A stretch of 64,000 nucleotides of DNA. Origin: Scenedesmus sp. PABB004 (Eukaryota). This document shows, in pieces, positions 33,933 to 47,106 of this stretch (position 1 is its first letter; each line of letters begins with the position of its first letter). The translations under genes and the position numbers were made by a program. Where the stretch lies: positions 682,001 to 746,000 of the forward strand of contig JABVCE010000018.1 of assembly GCA_014905635.1 (NCBI GenBank), given 5' to 3'. A model generated the notes under the pieces. That model was not told the origin of the DNA and did no database searches. It saw nothing but the letters and a program-made list of their open reading frames with translations.

Positions 33933-34240
33933 CCCGCCGCGCCGGCAGCAGCGGCAGCAGCAGCGGCAGCGGCGCCCGCGCACGCTGCGCGGCCAGCGTC
34001 GGCCCGCCGTCTCGCGCTGCGCGTGACAGCAAGCCCTTTTGCCCCATCCACGACCTCGCCGGCGCGAGCTGCGCCGCGCGCAGCAGCCGCGGCGGGGGCG
34101 AGATGGCGGCGCCGGCCGCGGACGCCCTGCTCGAGCAGCTGCGCGCGACCTGCGCCGCGGCGGGGCAGGCGCACATCCTGGACGACTGGCACGACCTCAC
34201 GCCGGAGCAACAGCGCCAGCTGGCGGCGGAGGTGCAGGCG
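33933..34240 (+). repeat. Inverted near-identical duplicate of the UAP1 5' region and exon 1 (47925-48226)
   Basis: Same sequence and peptide MAAPAADALLEQLRATCAAAGQ(A/E)HIL(D/N)DWHDLTPEQQRQLAAEVQ. Both copies span 135 nt from the ATG to the donor position. Confidence 0.92.
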
Positions 34241-37200
34241 CGCGCGGGGCGAGCAGCGGCGCTCGCGGGCGCCGCGGGCGCCGCCGCCGCCGCCGCGGGC
34301 GGTCGGCGGCCCGGCGGCTCGCCGTGGATCCTTGGCCTTGCCAGCGTCGTGTTCGACATCGACCTCGGGCAGACGCTGCGCGAGGTGGTGCCGCCGGACG
34401 CGCTGAGCGAGGAGGAGCAGGCCGCGGTCGCGTTCCACAGCTTCCCGGTGAGCGCCGCCGCCACTCACAGCCCGCGCGACGCGGCACACGCGTGGCGCCG
34501 CTCACAGGCGCCGCCGCCGCTCCCAGCCCACCGCGCGGCGCGACGCGGCGCGCGCCGCACGGCGGCGCCGCTCACGCTCACACAACGCGCCCGCGCCGCT
34601 CACGCACGCACGCGCCGTGGCGGCCAGGACTCGCTGTCCATGGAGCTCCACGCGCGCAGCGCCGTCCGAGACAGCAGCTTCGCCTTCCGCATCAGACGTG
34701 CGCCGCCGAGCACCACGCGCGGCGGCGTGCAGGACTACCTGCACGGCTACGTCTTCTGCCGACAGCGCCACGACGAGTCGCTGCGCCGCGGCGGCGAGCA
34801 GGCGGCGGTCGTGGTGCTGTCGGCGGCGCCCCTCGGGAGCGTGCTGGCCCCGCTCAGCGCGGCGGCGGGCCACGCGTACTTCAGCGACGGCGCGCCCGCG
34901 CTATCAAAGGTGGACGCCGCGCCGCGGCCGCGGCGCGCGTGGGTGTGCGGCGCTTGCGGAGCCGCGGCGCCGCGCCGCGCGCCGAGCCGCGGCGCCGCGC
35001 CGCGCCGCGCGTCGCGTGGCAGGTGTACGCACAGGTCTGCGCCTGGCCGCCACCCGTGCCGGGCGCGCGCGTGTCGCTGCCGGCGGGCGGCGCTGTCATC
35101 AGCGCGCGACTGCCGCAGTTCGCGCTGCTGCCGCCGCCGCAGCCGCTGCCCGAGCCGGCGGTGCAGGCGAGCCTGGCGCGCAAGGCCAGCAGGGCGCTGA
35201 GCCTGCGCCGCAGCGCTGGGGGCAGCGGTGCGCTGCAGTCGCACGACAGCGGCAGCAGCAGCAGCTTGGCCGCAGCGGCGGCGGCGGGCGCCGGGGAGCC
35301 GGCTGGCGGCGGGCTGCCTGCGTCGTCGCCGCGGGGCAGCTTCGACGCGGGCAGCAGCACCCCCAGGGGTGAGCGCGCGCGCCGGCGCGGCTGGGCGGCG
35401 GCGGCGGCCAAGCCACCCACCCCCCTCTCGCCGACGCGCGCCGTGGCCGCGCGGCTGCCGCCGCCCACGCGCAGGCGGCGGCTCGTGGTCGAGCCTGGAC
35501 TGCGCGGCGGCGCCCAGCCTGGGGGCGACAGCCGGCGGCGGTGCGCCCGGCAGCAGCAGCCCGGCCCGGCCGCGGCGGCTGCAGCAGCTGCGCGTGGGCG
35601 ACGGCGGCACCGGCCCGGGCACGCCCGGCTCGCCGGCGGCGGCGGCGGCGCGGGGGAGCGGCGACCTCGGCGCCTCACCCTGGATTCTGGCCAGCCTGGG
35701 CGAGCACTGGAAGCAGGAGACGCCCTGCCCCGAGGTCGACGCCGCGCTGGTGCTGCTGCCGCTGCTGCGCCACGCGTGGACGCTGTGGCAGCTGCTGATC
35801 ACGGCGCAGCCGCTGCTCGTGGTCGGCCTGACCCCGGGGTGCGCCGCGCGCGTGCCCGCTGGCAGCCCGCCGCTGGCGCCGCCGCCGGCGTGCTGCACGC
35901 CAAGCCCACGCCGCCGCCGCCGCTGCCGGCCACACAGGGACACGTCGGCGGCCGTGGCGGCGCTGCTGAGCCTCGTCGCGCCGCTGCCGTATAGCGCCGA
36001 TTATCGACCGTTTTTCACGATCCACGACCCCGACCTGCTCCCGCTCACGCGGGGGCAGCTGCCGGTGCACGCGCCGTACGTCGAGCAGCCGCCGCCGCCG
36101 CCGGCCGGTGGCGGCAGCGCGCTGCAGTCGCCGGCGGCGGGCGCGCAGCAGCCGGGGCTGCCGGAGCAGCCTCCGGCGGCGTGCGAGCAGCCAGGACAGG
36201 AGGGAGCACTGGGGCAGTCAGAACAGCAGCAGCAGCAGCAGCAGGAGGCGAACGGCGCGCCACAGCGTGACCCCTCGTGCACAGGCGCAGCACAGCACGA
36301 ACTGCAACGGGGGTGCTCAGGCGGGGAGCGAGTGCAGGCGGCGGCTCAGGCGCAGCCGGCGCTGGTCAGCCCGTTCAGCTCGGCGCAGGCGCCGTGTGAG
36401 AGCGGCGCCGCGGCGGGCGCGGCGGGCGGGGGCCCGCGGCGGCGGGGCCCGCCGCCGCCGCGGGCGGTGGGCTGCCGGTGCTTCTGGGCATCACCAACCT
36501 CCACCTGCTCAAGGCCCTGCACGCCTGGCCAAACGTGGTGGCGGTGAGCACGCGGCCGGCGAGCGCGCCGCGCCCGCCGGGCAGCGAGCGCGGCGGCGGG
36601 CGCGCGGGCAGCTTCAGCGGCGCCAGCGCCGGCAGCGCGCCGCCCGCCGCGCCGCCCGGCGACCTCGGCGAGCCCGCGGGCGGCGCCGCGGCGGGCCCGC
36701 CCGCGCCCCGCGCGCGCTCGGTGCTGTCGGCCACCGCGGCCGCCGCGGTGCGGGCCATCAAGCGCCGCCAGCACGGCCCGCAGCACCTGCTGACCGACTT
36801 TTCGCCGCACCTCTGGTGCAGCGCCCGCGTGCTGCTGCGCCCCGACGCCGCGCTCGTCGCGGCCGTGGCGGCCACGGCCGAGGCGGAGGCCGGCGGCCGG
36901 CCCGCGCCGCCGGCCGGGCCGGGCGGCCGCGGCGGCGCGCCGCCGCCGGGGTCGGCCGGCCGCCGGCTGCGCGCGCACTTTGCGGAGCTCACCGCCGCGT
37001 TCCTGGCCCCCTTTGACTGCTACTTCACTCCGGGGCCGCGCGGCACGGTGCGGGGCGAGCTCCCAACCGAGGGCACGGGCCGCGCGCGCGCGCGCGATTC
37101 GCCGCCGCCGATGCTGTCGGCTGCGCCGCCCGCGCGCCGCCCACGCGCCGCCCACACGCCGCCGCGCCAGGTGCCGCGCTGGGACGCGGCCGCGTTCGTC

Positions 37201-37860
37201 GCGTCGCTGTCGCCCGGCGACCTCGCGCCGCCGCTGTCGGCGCGCCTGGCCGGCGGCGCGCCGGCGGCGGCGGCTCTGTACAGGGCGGTCGTGGACAGCC
37301 CCAACTTTGCCAGCTGGTTTGCGACGCACCGCGCGCCCGTGCTGCACCTGGTTGAGCCGGACGAGGTGCGGGGGCCGGGGGCCGGGGCCTCCTGCGGGTC
37401 TTGGAGGTCTGCATGAAGCGTTTACGCGCACGCGCGCCGCCCGAGCCCCACCCGCGCCCGCCCGAGCCCCACCCGCCCGCCCGCCGCCGCCGCCGCCGCC
37501 GCAGGGCGCCCCGAGGGCGGCTACGGCGCGCTGGCGGGCGGCGAGCCGGAGGGTGAGGCGGAGCTGGAGGTGGAGCTGGTGCAGCGCCTCGTCTCCGCGG
37601 AGGAGGCGCTCGCCGCCGCCGAGGCCGAGGCCGGCGCGCAGGGTGGCGCGCGCGGGCTGGAGCTGCAGGCGGCGCTCGTGGCGGCATTTGCGGCCACGCC
37701 GCGCGACCTCCAGGCTGCGCTGATCAGCTCCCCGGCGAGGCGCGCGCTGCTCGAGCGGAGCGCCGCGGCGTGCCGGCGAGCGCCCGCGGGCGCCGGCGCC
37801 GGCGCGGCGGGCGCGGTCGCGGCGCTGGAGTCGCTGCTGCGCGAGCTGGACGCAGCCTGA
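34103..37860 (+). CDS. DENND6: DENN domain protein DENND6/FAM116-like, with a UAP1-derived N-terminus
   Basis: WILGLASVVFDIDLGQ, VAFHSFPDS, GYVFCRQRHDESLRRGGEQ, LWQLLITAQPLLV, PLPYSADYRPFFTIHD, LLGITN, LRAHFAELTAAFLAPF, SPNFASWF. Confidence 0.85.
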
Positions 37861-38558
37861 CGGCGTTCGCGGCCCGGCGGTGCTGCAAAGCGACAGCGGC
37901 CTGCCTGTGTTGCAAAGGGAAGAGAGCGCGAGAGAGAGAGACCGCAGCGCCGCGGAGCGCCGGACCGCAACGAACGAACGCGGAGCGCCCCAAACAAAGG
38001 ACGACGAGACGACCCCCACCGCCGCCACCCGCGCGTGATCAGCTGTGCAGCCTCTATGCAAGCGGTCGCCCCCTCCCCGGCACCCCTCGACGTGCGACCG
38101 CACAGCATCACCACCAAACGCACACACCTCCGCCGGCGCCGGGCGCCCCCTGCGCAATGCGGGGCCGCCCCCGCACGGCGCGCGGCGTCCGGTTCCCCCA
38201 AACGCTCAAAGCACTGTGTCTCCCCAAACGAACGAACACGCGCGCCCGGTCGCGCGGACTGGGCCGGGCGGCAAGAGTGCAGGGAGTGCGTGTCGCCGCG
38301 CTCTTCCAGCGCGCGCACGCGCCTGGGCTACAATACTAATACAAGAGGCCGCGCTGCCCACGGGGCCGGGCGACCGCGGCGAGGCGGCAGCGGCGCCGCC
38401 GGCAAGCGCGGCCCGGCCGCGCGGCGGGCGAGCGCGAGGGGAGCGAAATTGGGCCGCGTCCATGCGAGTGCACGGTGCTCCGCCGCCGTGCGATGCACCC
38501 CCGGCTGCCCCACCGTCCCTCCCCCCAGCCACCGCCTCTCCCCCCCCCCTCCCCCGGC

Positions 38559-41500
38559 TCAGCACTGCGCCGCCGTCTGCTGCTGCGGCGGCGGCGGCGC
38601 CATGCCGGGCAGCGCACGCGGCTGAGCCGCCAGCTGCTGCGCCGCCAGCTGCTGCGCCGCCAGCTGCTGCACCGCCAGCGGCTGCGCGCCCAGCGGCTGC
38701 GCCGCAGCCGGCGCGGCGTCGGCCCCTGCGCTGGGCGGCGCGCCCGCGCCGCCCGGCTCCCCGAACGCCGCGAGCAGCGACGACAGCGCGCCGCCGCCCG
38801 CCGGCGGCGCGGAGCCGCGGCCGCGCGGCGCCTGCGCCAGCGGCTGCGGCTCCGGCTCCGCGCAGTCCATGGGGTCCAGGGGCGGCGGCTCGGGCGCCTC
38901 GTGGGGGTCGGCGTCGTGCTGCGGCTCCTCGTCGTCGTCGTCGTGCTCCGCAATCTGCCGGCGCAGGCACTTCTTGGGCGCCGAGTCGGTGCCGCACTTG
39001 CCCTTGCGCTGAACCACGCACACCGCGCAGCGCCCCGCTCGCCCCGGCTGGCCCGTCGTGCCGCCCAGGAAGCGGCCGACGGGCGGCGTGCCGGCCGACG
39101 CGTCCGAGCCGTGGCCGTCGTCGTCGGGCCCCGGCTCCAGCCCGCCGGGCGGGCCGCTGCCGCTGCGGCGCGTGCCGTGGTGGGCCGAGAAGCGGCCGCG
39201 CGCGTCGTGCGGCTGCGCGGCCAGCGCCGCCGCCTGCGCCGCGCTGAACGAGCCGCGCGCCGCCGCGGCGACGCCGACCGAGCGCCCGCGCGCGCGCCCG
39301 GGCGCACGCCGCCGCCGCGCGCGCGCAGCGCGCCGCCGGGCGGCGTCGCGTTGCCGCCGTCGGCCGCGGCGGGGCTGCCCTGGCGCTGGTGGTTGTTCGC
39401 CCAGTCCTGGCTGTGGCTCTGGCGGCGCAGCCGCGACTGCGGGCGCGCGTCGGCGGGCGCGCCAGGTCGGCGCGGGCCGGCGCGGGGCCGGCGCGGGGCA
39501 GGCGCGCGCGCGCGCGCGCGCGTGGCGCGCGCGGCGGCGGCGCTGCGGGGGCGCGCACCTGGCCGCCGCGGCGCTTGAACGCGGACAGCACCGCCGCCGC
39601 GCTCAGCTCGTACTCGTCCGCCTCGCCCTCGAGCGCGCTCGGCGTGGCGTCGCTGTCGCCGTGCGCCGCGTCGTCGTCGCCGGCGCGCGCCGAGCCGGGC
39701 GGCGTCGCGCCCGCGCCGTCGCGGCGCACGCCGGTGCGGCAGCGCAGGCGCGGCTCCAGCGCGCCGGCGCCGCCCTCCGCCGCCAGCAGCTTGTGCGCCA
39801 GCTCGGCCGGCTTGAGCACGTGCGCGGGGCAGGTGACGGTGTAGGGCTCGGCCTGACCGGCCGCGGCGGCGCGCGAGGCGGCGCGTGAGGCGCCGCGGGC
39901 GCGGGCGGGCGCGGGGTGGGCGCGGCGGCGGCGGCGGCGCGGCGGGCGCGGCTGTGGCCGCGGCGGCCGCGCCCACTCACGATGAGCGCCCAGCCCGCCT
40001 GGCGCGCGCAGGGCAGGTGGAAGTGCTGCGTGCAGCTGCGGTCTGCGCACTTGAGCGTCGCGCCGTCGCGGCCGCACGCGCTGCAGCGCGCGGCGCGGCC
40101 GCGCGCAATGGCGCCGGCCAGGTGCATCTGGGCGGCGGCGGCGGCGGCGGCAGAGCAGCGGCAGCGTGTGAGCGGTGGCGGCGTGCGGCGGCCTGCGGCG
40201 CGCGGCGGCGCGTGGCGCCAGGCGAGCGCGCACCAGCGCGCCGCGGCGGTCGGGGTAGACTTCGGGGCTCCACAGCGCGCACTGCCGGTGCACCCACGCC
40301 ACCGCCGCCGGCGCCGGCGCCGGCGCCGGCTCGCCGGCCGCGCCCTCGCCGCCCCCGCCCTCGGCCGCCCCCGCGGCGGGCGCGTGGACGGGCATGGTCA
40401 CCGGCATCAGCGGGCCCAGGCCCGTGCGGCTCATGCCCGTGGCAGGCACCGCGGTCGCCTGGTCCGCGTGGCAGCCGGGCGCCTCGGGCGCGTGGCACAG
40501 CGCGCACGTCGCGCCGCGCGGCGGCGGCGCGTGCGTGTCGGCGGGCGTGACGGGCTCCACCGCCGCGCCCAGGCGCGAGCGCGCCATCTCCAGCCGCCCG
40601 ACCTCCGCCAGCTGGCCCACAAACACGCAGCCGTCGAGCACGATGCGCACCTCCACCGCCCCGCGCGCCGCCGGCGGCGCCGCGGCGGCGGCCGGCGCCG
40701 ACGGCGCCGCCTCGGCGGCAGGCGGCGCGGCCGCGCTCGCGGCGGCCGGCGCCGCCTCGGCGGCGGGCGCCTCGTGCGCCGCGCCGGCGGGCGCCTCCTG
40801 CGCCTCGGTCGGCGCCTCCTGCTTCACTGGCGCGGCCGCCGGCTCGTCGTCCTCGCCCGCCGGCGCCTCGGCGGGCGCGGGCGCGGGCGCGGGCGCGGTC
40901 GCGTCAGCGTCAGCGGCCAGCGCCTCGGCGCCCGCCGCCGCCGCCGGCGGCAGCAGGAGCCAGCTGAGCAGCTCGGGGCCGGCGGCCGCGCGGAACAGCC
41001 CCGGCACGGCCCAGCCCGCCGGCGGCAGCGGCCCCGCGACGGCGGCCGCCGCGGCCTTGGCGTTGCCGGGGCACAGCGGGTCGGCGCAGCAGGGCGCGTG
41101 GGGGCCGCCGGAGCCGCCCGCCGCGCCGTCGGCGCTGCCGCGCCGGCCGGGGCCGCGCCGCGCGCCCCCGCCGCTCGTGCAGCGCGGGCGCTTGGCCGCG
41201 TGCGGCTCCGCCTCCTGGCTGCTGCCGGGCTCGTCGCGGCCGCCGCGCTTGCGCGCGCGCGCGCCGTCGCTGCCGTCGTCGCCCGCCTCGGCCGGCGGCA
41301 GCGCGCCGCCGGGGTGGCCGCCGGCGAGGGTGTAGGGCTTCAGCGGGTCCACAAACCCCGCCTGCCAGCCGGGCGGCTTCTTGTGGCGCTGCGCGCGCTG
41401 CAGCGCGACGCCCGTCGACGAGTGGCGCTCCCACACGTCCTCCACCGCGTCGCGCGGCAGCAGGTCGGACCGCGCCTTCTCCTCGACGGCGATCGCCGCC

Positions 41501-43074
41501 GCCACGGCCGCGGGCGGCCCCGCGCGCCCCGCCTTGCGCAGCTCGAGCAGCGCCGCCGCGGCGCGCAGCGGCGGCAGCGTGCGCAGCAGCGGCAGCTCCG
41601 CCTGGTGGTCCGGCCCAACCGCGATGCCCGGCTCGTCGCCCTCGTCCATGTCCTCGTCATCCTCGCCGCCACCGCCGCGCGGCCAGCCGCCACCGCCGGC
41701 GGCGCCCGGGCCGGGCGGCAGCCCGCTCACGAGGCGGCGGAACGTCTCGGCCGCGGCGGCCTCGGGCCCGCCCGGCCCGCCGCGCGTGGAGCGCGGCGTG
41801 CGGCGCACGGGTGAGCGCAGCCAGAGGCTGTCGTCGCCGCGCGCCGCCGCGGCGGCGGCCTCCTCGAGCGGCACCGGCTCGCTGCCGCACAGCGCCGCCG
41901 CGGGCGGCTCGGGCGCGACCGGGATCTGCAGCAGGCCCGGCGGCCGCCGCGGGCGCGCAAAGCCGCGCCCCGCCGCCGCGCCCGCGGCCGCGGCCGCGGC
42001 CGCGGCCGCGGCCTCCGCGGCGGCGCGCGACGCGGGGCTGCCGGCCGCCGAGCCCGAGTCGGCGGCGCGGCGGCCCGGCGGCGAGCCGTCGCGGCGCGGC
42101 GCCGCGCCGCCGCGCGGCACGCCCGGGTGCTGCATCACCACCACCTCCACCGGGCCGCTCACGTCAATGCGCAGCCCCGCCGCCGCGGCGGCGGCGACCG
42201 CGAGCGCGCTGCGCGCCGCCTGCTCCGGCGTGACGCGGCGCACGCACGGCGGCAGCAGCTCCGTCGCGCCCGCCGGCCGCGGCTGCGCCGCCGGGGGCTG
42301 CTGCTGCGGCGCCGCGTGCTGCTGCGGGCGCGCCGCCTGGTCCTGCTGCGGCTGGTCGCGCGCGCCGCGCTCGTCGGGCGCCGCCGCCGCCTTGCCGCCG
42401 GCGCGGGGGCTGCTGCCCGGCGGCGCCTCGGGGCTGCCGCTCGTGCTGCCGGCCGTCTTGTGGGTCAGGCCCTGCGCCTCGAGCCAGCGCCCGAGCGGCA
42501 CCTCGGGCTGGCCCTCGTGCGCCACGCGGACGCTGCGGCGCGGCGCGGCGGCGGCGAGGGTGGCGGCGCGGGGGCGGCGGCGCGTGGGCCGTCCGCGGTG
42601 CGGTGCGGCGCAGCGCGGCGCGCGCGCGCACGGAGCGCGGCGCGGCGGCGCGCCGCCCCCGCGGCGCCCCCGCGGCGCCCCCGCGGCGTACCTGACGCGC
42701 CACTTCTTGGCGGTCGTCATGCCCGTGTGGCGCTCGTACTCGGTCGGCGACATCAGCGGCCGCGTCGTGCCGCGCGCGGTCGCGGCCGCGCAGTGCCGGC
42801 AGCGGCACTGCACCGCGCCGCGGTCAACAAAGTACGTCCCGCGGCTGCCGTTGCAGATCACGCCCAGCGCCGCGGGGTAGGGCGCGGCCGCGGCCGCCGG
42901 GCTCGGCGCGCCGCCCGCCGCGGCGGGCGGCGGCGCCGCGAGCGGCGGCGGGTGCAGGTGCGGGTGCGGCGCCGGCGGCGGCGGCGCTGCTGCTGTCGCC
43001 GCGCCCGGCGCGTGCGCCGCGGTCAGCGGTGCCGGCGCCGCCGGGCGCGCCACGTCGAGGACGGTCGTGGCCAT
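38559..43074 (-). CDS. Chromatin-associated protein: SAND-like (ULT/ATX-type) domain, ELM2-like motif, extended PHD (zf-HC5HC2H) and C-terminal Cys cluster
   Basis: CNGSRGTY..CRCRHC..MSPTEYERHTG...KKWR|SVRV; IAVGPDHQAELP; CALC..WVHRQCALWSPEV..RGRAARCSACGRDGATLKC..CTQHFHLPCAR..CPAH; CAVCVVQRKGKCGTDSAPKKCLRRQ. Confidence 0.8.
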
Positions 43075-43938
43075 CGCGGGCGCGCCGCGCTGCGCGGCGC
43101 GCGGCCGGCGCGGGGAGGCGCGCCCTGCGGTGCGCGGGAAAGGCGGGTGCGCGCCGTGCGCGGGTCAGCGCGGCACGCGCGGCGGCGTGGGCGCGAGCCC
43201 GCGGCCAGGGCGCGCCGGGGCGGGGCCGCAGGCAGGCCGCGCGGCGCCGGGGCGGCCGTGCGGTGGCCAACAATCATCCCCGCCCCCCGCCAGCGCCCAG
43301 GGCGGCCGCCCCGGACCGGGATCGCCCCGGACCGGGATCGCGCCGGGACCGCTCGACGCGGGGCGGGCGGGCCAGGCGCTGCGCGGCGCGCACGGGCCGC
43401 GGGGCGGGCCTTCTGCATTCGAGCGCGGCCCCCCGGCGCCGGAACGCAGCGCGGGCGTCCACGGGCCGCGCGCGCGCCGCACTTGACGCGCGGCTCGACC
43501 GCCGCGCCATGGAGAGCAGCGCCGGGCCGCGCGGTCGCGCCCGCTGCCGATGGCACGCCAGCTCACGCCCCGCGCGCCGCACCTGGGCGTCGACGGCGCG
43601 CGCGGCTCGCAGAACGGGCCTTTACAGAGCGCGGGCGTCGAAGGCGGTCTGCAGTGGCTGTCCAGGCGGCCGCCTCGCGCGGGGCGATGATCGGTTGGGA
43701 CTGTCGCGGCGCGGGCGCACGGGTTGGCTCGCGCGACGTCGAGAGACTGTCGCGGTGCGAAAACAGCCTGGCGGGCCTGCGCGCAGCGCGAGAGCAGCTC
43801 GCAAAACCGTCGCGGTCAAGCCCTCAAGGCCCTCGCTCAGGTCCCGCAGGCCGCCGCGCACACGACCACCGCGTCCGCCCGGCGCACGGCCGCCCGCCGC
43901 GCAACGACAGCCGCAGCAGCAGCGCGAACGCAGCGGCG

Positions 43939-45176
43939 ATGGGCACACCTCGCTGGCTGCGCGCCACGGCCGACGCCCTGCCGGCGCGCCCTGCCCCGAG
44001 CGGTGCGTCGGAGCAGACCATCCGGTCGGAGACGTGCACGGTGGAGTCGCTCGACGGCATCGCGGTGCTGCGATGCGAGGAGGTGCTGGAGCGCTTCAGG
44101 CTCGCCGCCGACGGGTGCGGCCCCGCACGAGCGGCCCGCCCGCGCCGCGAGGGCGCCCCCCAAACCCCGCGCGCGCCGCCCGGGCGCAGGCACAGGGAGA
44201 TGGTAGAGTCGAGCAGCAGCACCACCATTCGGCCCTACGGCGCCGCCCCGGAGGGCCTGCGCGCCTCCAGCAGCGGCAGGTGGGCGGAGAGCGGGCTGGG
44301 GGCCGCCGTGGCGGCGGCCGCACCGCGCCGCGGGCGCCGCCGCGCCGGACGCCGCCGCGCCGGACGCCGCCGCGCCCGCTGCTGCTGCTGCTGCGGCAGC
44401 GCTGCGGATGCGCCGCCGCCGGCGCCGCTGCCGCCGCCGCCGCTGGCTGCCGGCGTCGCCGCCGCTGCCGCCGCCCGCGCGCCGCTGGTCGTCGCTGGCC
44501 GACCCACATGCGGGCGCGGCCCTCACTCTCCCGCCGCTCTCTCTCGCGCGTGCGCACAGGTATGACGACGCCGCGGCGGCGGCGATGGCGCCCGTCATCA
44601 GCGCGACGCTGGGGCAGATGCTGGACGACTTCTTCGCCTACGCGCACGACCTGCAGGACAGCCTCGAGCAGCGAGGTGCGGCGCCGCGCGCGGTGTCAGC
44701 GCGGCGCTCGGCGCGGTGTCGCCGCCCCGCGCGCGGCGCGGCGCGGCGCGGCGGCGGCGCCCGCCTGACCCGCCGCCGCCGCCCCGCGCGCGCGCGCAGG
44801 CGTGCACGCCGACGGCGACGCTGGCGGCTGGCGCCTCTCCGGCGCGCGCGGCGGCGGCGCCGACGGCGGCAGCGGCGGCGCCGACGGCGGCGGCAGCGGC
44901 GGCAGCAGCAGCGGCCTGTTCGGCTGGTGGCAGCGGAGAAAGGGCGGCGCGGCTGGCGCCCCCTCCGTGGGCAGCCCAGGTGTGGCGCGCTGCGCCGCGC
45001 GGCGCGCCCGCAGCTCAGGGCCGCCTGGCCTGGCCGGCGCGCTGCCGCCGTCGCCCGCGCGCGCGCGCCCGACCGCCGCCCTGCCGCTCGGTCGCCGCCG
45101 CCGCGCAGGCGGGCAGCCCAGCTTGCAGCAGCTCGCCAGCGCGCCCGAGCCCGGGAGCACGCCGCGGGGGCACTAG
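43939..45176 (+). CDS. Small protein resembling the Fra a 1/Mal d 1-associated protein (FaAP/MdAP) family
   Basis: TIRSETCTVESLDGIAVLRCEEVLERFR...EMVESS resembles the family's C..C motif; later MLDDFFAYAHDL. Clear splice sites. Confidence 0.45.
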
Positions 45177-45743
45177 GCCCGCGCCGGCGCGCGCGCAGCG
45201 GGCGGAGAGCTGGCGGGCGGCGCATCATCACTTGCATTGAATCAACCCGGCCCGCCTCGGCGCGCGCGGCACTTGCGGCACGCCGCCCGCAAATGCGGCG
45301 GCGGCGGCGGCCCTGCGCGCAGTGCGGCGCGGGGGCCTGCGCGGGCAGGAGGGGGGTCACCACTCGGGAGTGCAGCGGGCAAGCCGCGGCGCACATTGTC
45401 ACGGACGCTCGGGGGTTTCGACGGCCGGCCCGCGCGGCGGCCAGGGCGCGGGGGGCGGGGCGGGGAGGGGCAGGGGCGGGGGTGGCTGCGACGGACGGAC
45501 GGCGGCACTGCGTTGTCTTGGTGCACGGGATGGAGCGCAGGGGGCGCGGGAGCACGCCCGGGTGATCTGCCGGCTCCGGTGCAGTTTTTGCTGGGGCAGC
45601 CCAGGGCGGCGTGTGCGTCAGTCGGGCCGTCGCGGCGCGCTCGGAAACGGCGCGGCGGCTGCCCCCGCGCGTTCCGGTGGCCGCGTCGCGGGGCGTTGCG
45701 CGGCCCGCCAGCGACCCGCCAGCCCGCCCGCATTGGCGCAAGT

Positions 45744-47075
45744 TCAGCCCGCGAGCGCGCCGCCGTCCGCGCCCAGCAGCGCCGCCGCCTCGCCCGGCCG
45801 GCCCACGACCCGCCCGGCCACGAGGCGCTCCAGGCCCTCGCCCGCGTACGAGAGCAGCGGCGGGACCTCCACGCCCGTGCAGCCCGGCGCGAGCGCGCCG
45901 CCCGCCGCCACGACCCAGCGCGCGCCCTGCGCGAGCACCGCTGCGCGCGCCGTGTTTGGCGAGTCGCCCGCGGCGCTGCCGGGCGCATTCTTGACCGGCG
46001 CAAACTGCTCCGCCCGCTCCACCTGCGCAAGCGGGCGCGCGGCGGCCGCGCCGCGCGGCGTGTGCGCGGGGCGGCGGCCGCCGCACGCGCGCGCCGCCGC
46101 GGCAGCGCTCCGCCCCTGTCGCTCCGCCCGCGCCGCGCCGCGCGCCACGCTCTCCCCGCCCCGCGCGCGCCTCGAGCAGCGTGGCGCGCTCCGCGGAGGC
46201 AAAGGGGTCAAATATGAACATCTCCAGCTTCAGCCCGCCCACCGCCCCGCCGCCCTTGGCGGGGATGGCCTTGCGCGCGAGGTGGTACGCGCCCGCGGCG
46301 CGCAGGCCGGCCGCCGCGGCCTGCAGCCAGGGGAGGGAGAACCAGTGCATGCAGATGTTGGACCAGCCGTACGCGAGCGACGAGCACCCGGGCAGCGTCG
46401 ACTCGGCGAGCCCCGGCGGCAGCTCGCTGTACTCGAGCACCTGGAGGGGGGGATGGTGTTGGTGCGCGCGACGCGGCGCGGCGGTGGGTGCGCGCGTGGG
46501 CCGGGCTGGGGTGCGCGGCGTGCTGCGCCGCGCCACGGCGCGCCGCACCTGCAGCCGCCCCGCCGCGTCGCGCGCAAACACGCCGACCTTCTCCCCCGGG
46601 TGCGCCTTGGCGAGCACGCGCGCGCCGAGCGCGGCGGCGCGCTCCACGCACGCGCCGACAAACACGGGGTCGCCCAGCCGCGCGAGGGCGTTGTCCACGC
46701 AATACACGTCCACGCCCACCAGCCCTGCGGCGGCCATGGCCGCGAGCGCGCCGCTCGCCTGCAGCGCCCGGTACAGGCCGCCGTTGCCGTCGGGCGCGGA
46801 CGCAACCTGCGGCGCGCGGCGCGCGGCTCGCAGGTGGGTGCGGGCTCGGCGTGGGCGCCCGCCGCGCGCGCGCGCGCGCGCGCCCCCACGCGCCGCCGCC
46901 AGCGCCGGCGCCGCGCCTGGCAGGGGGACTGCATGATGACCCGCCCCTCGTGCGTGAGGCAGGGCAGCGTGCCCTGCTGGAAGAAGGTCACCTGCGCCCG
47001 CGAGAGCCCGAAGAAGCCGTGCGCCTCAAAGTGCGCCCTGGCGCGCGGCGGCGGCGCCCGCGCCAGCGACGTCCG

Positions 47076-47106
<31 letters not shown>

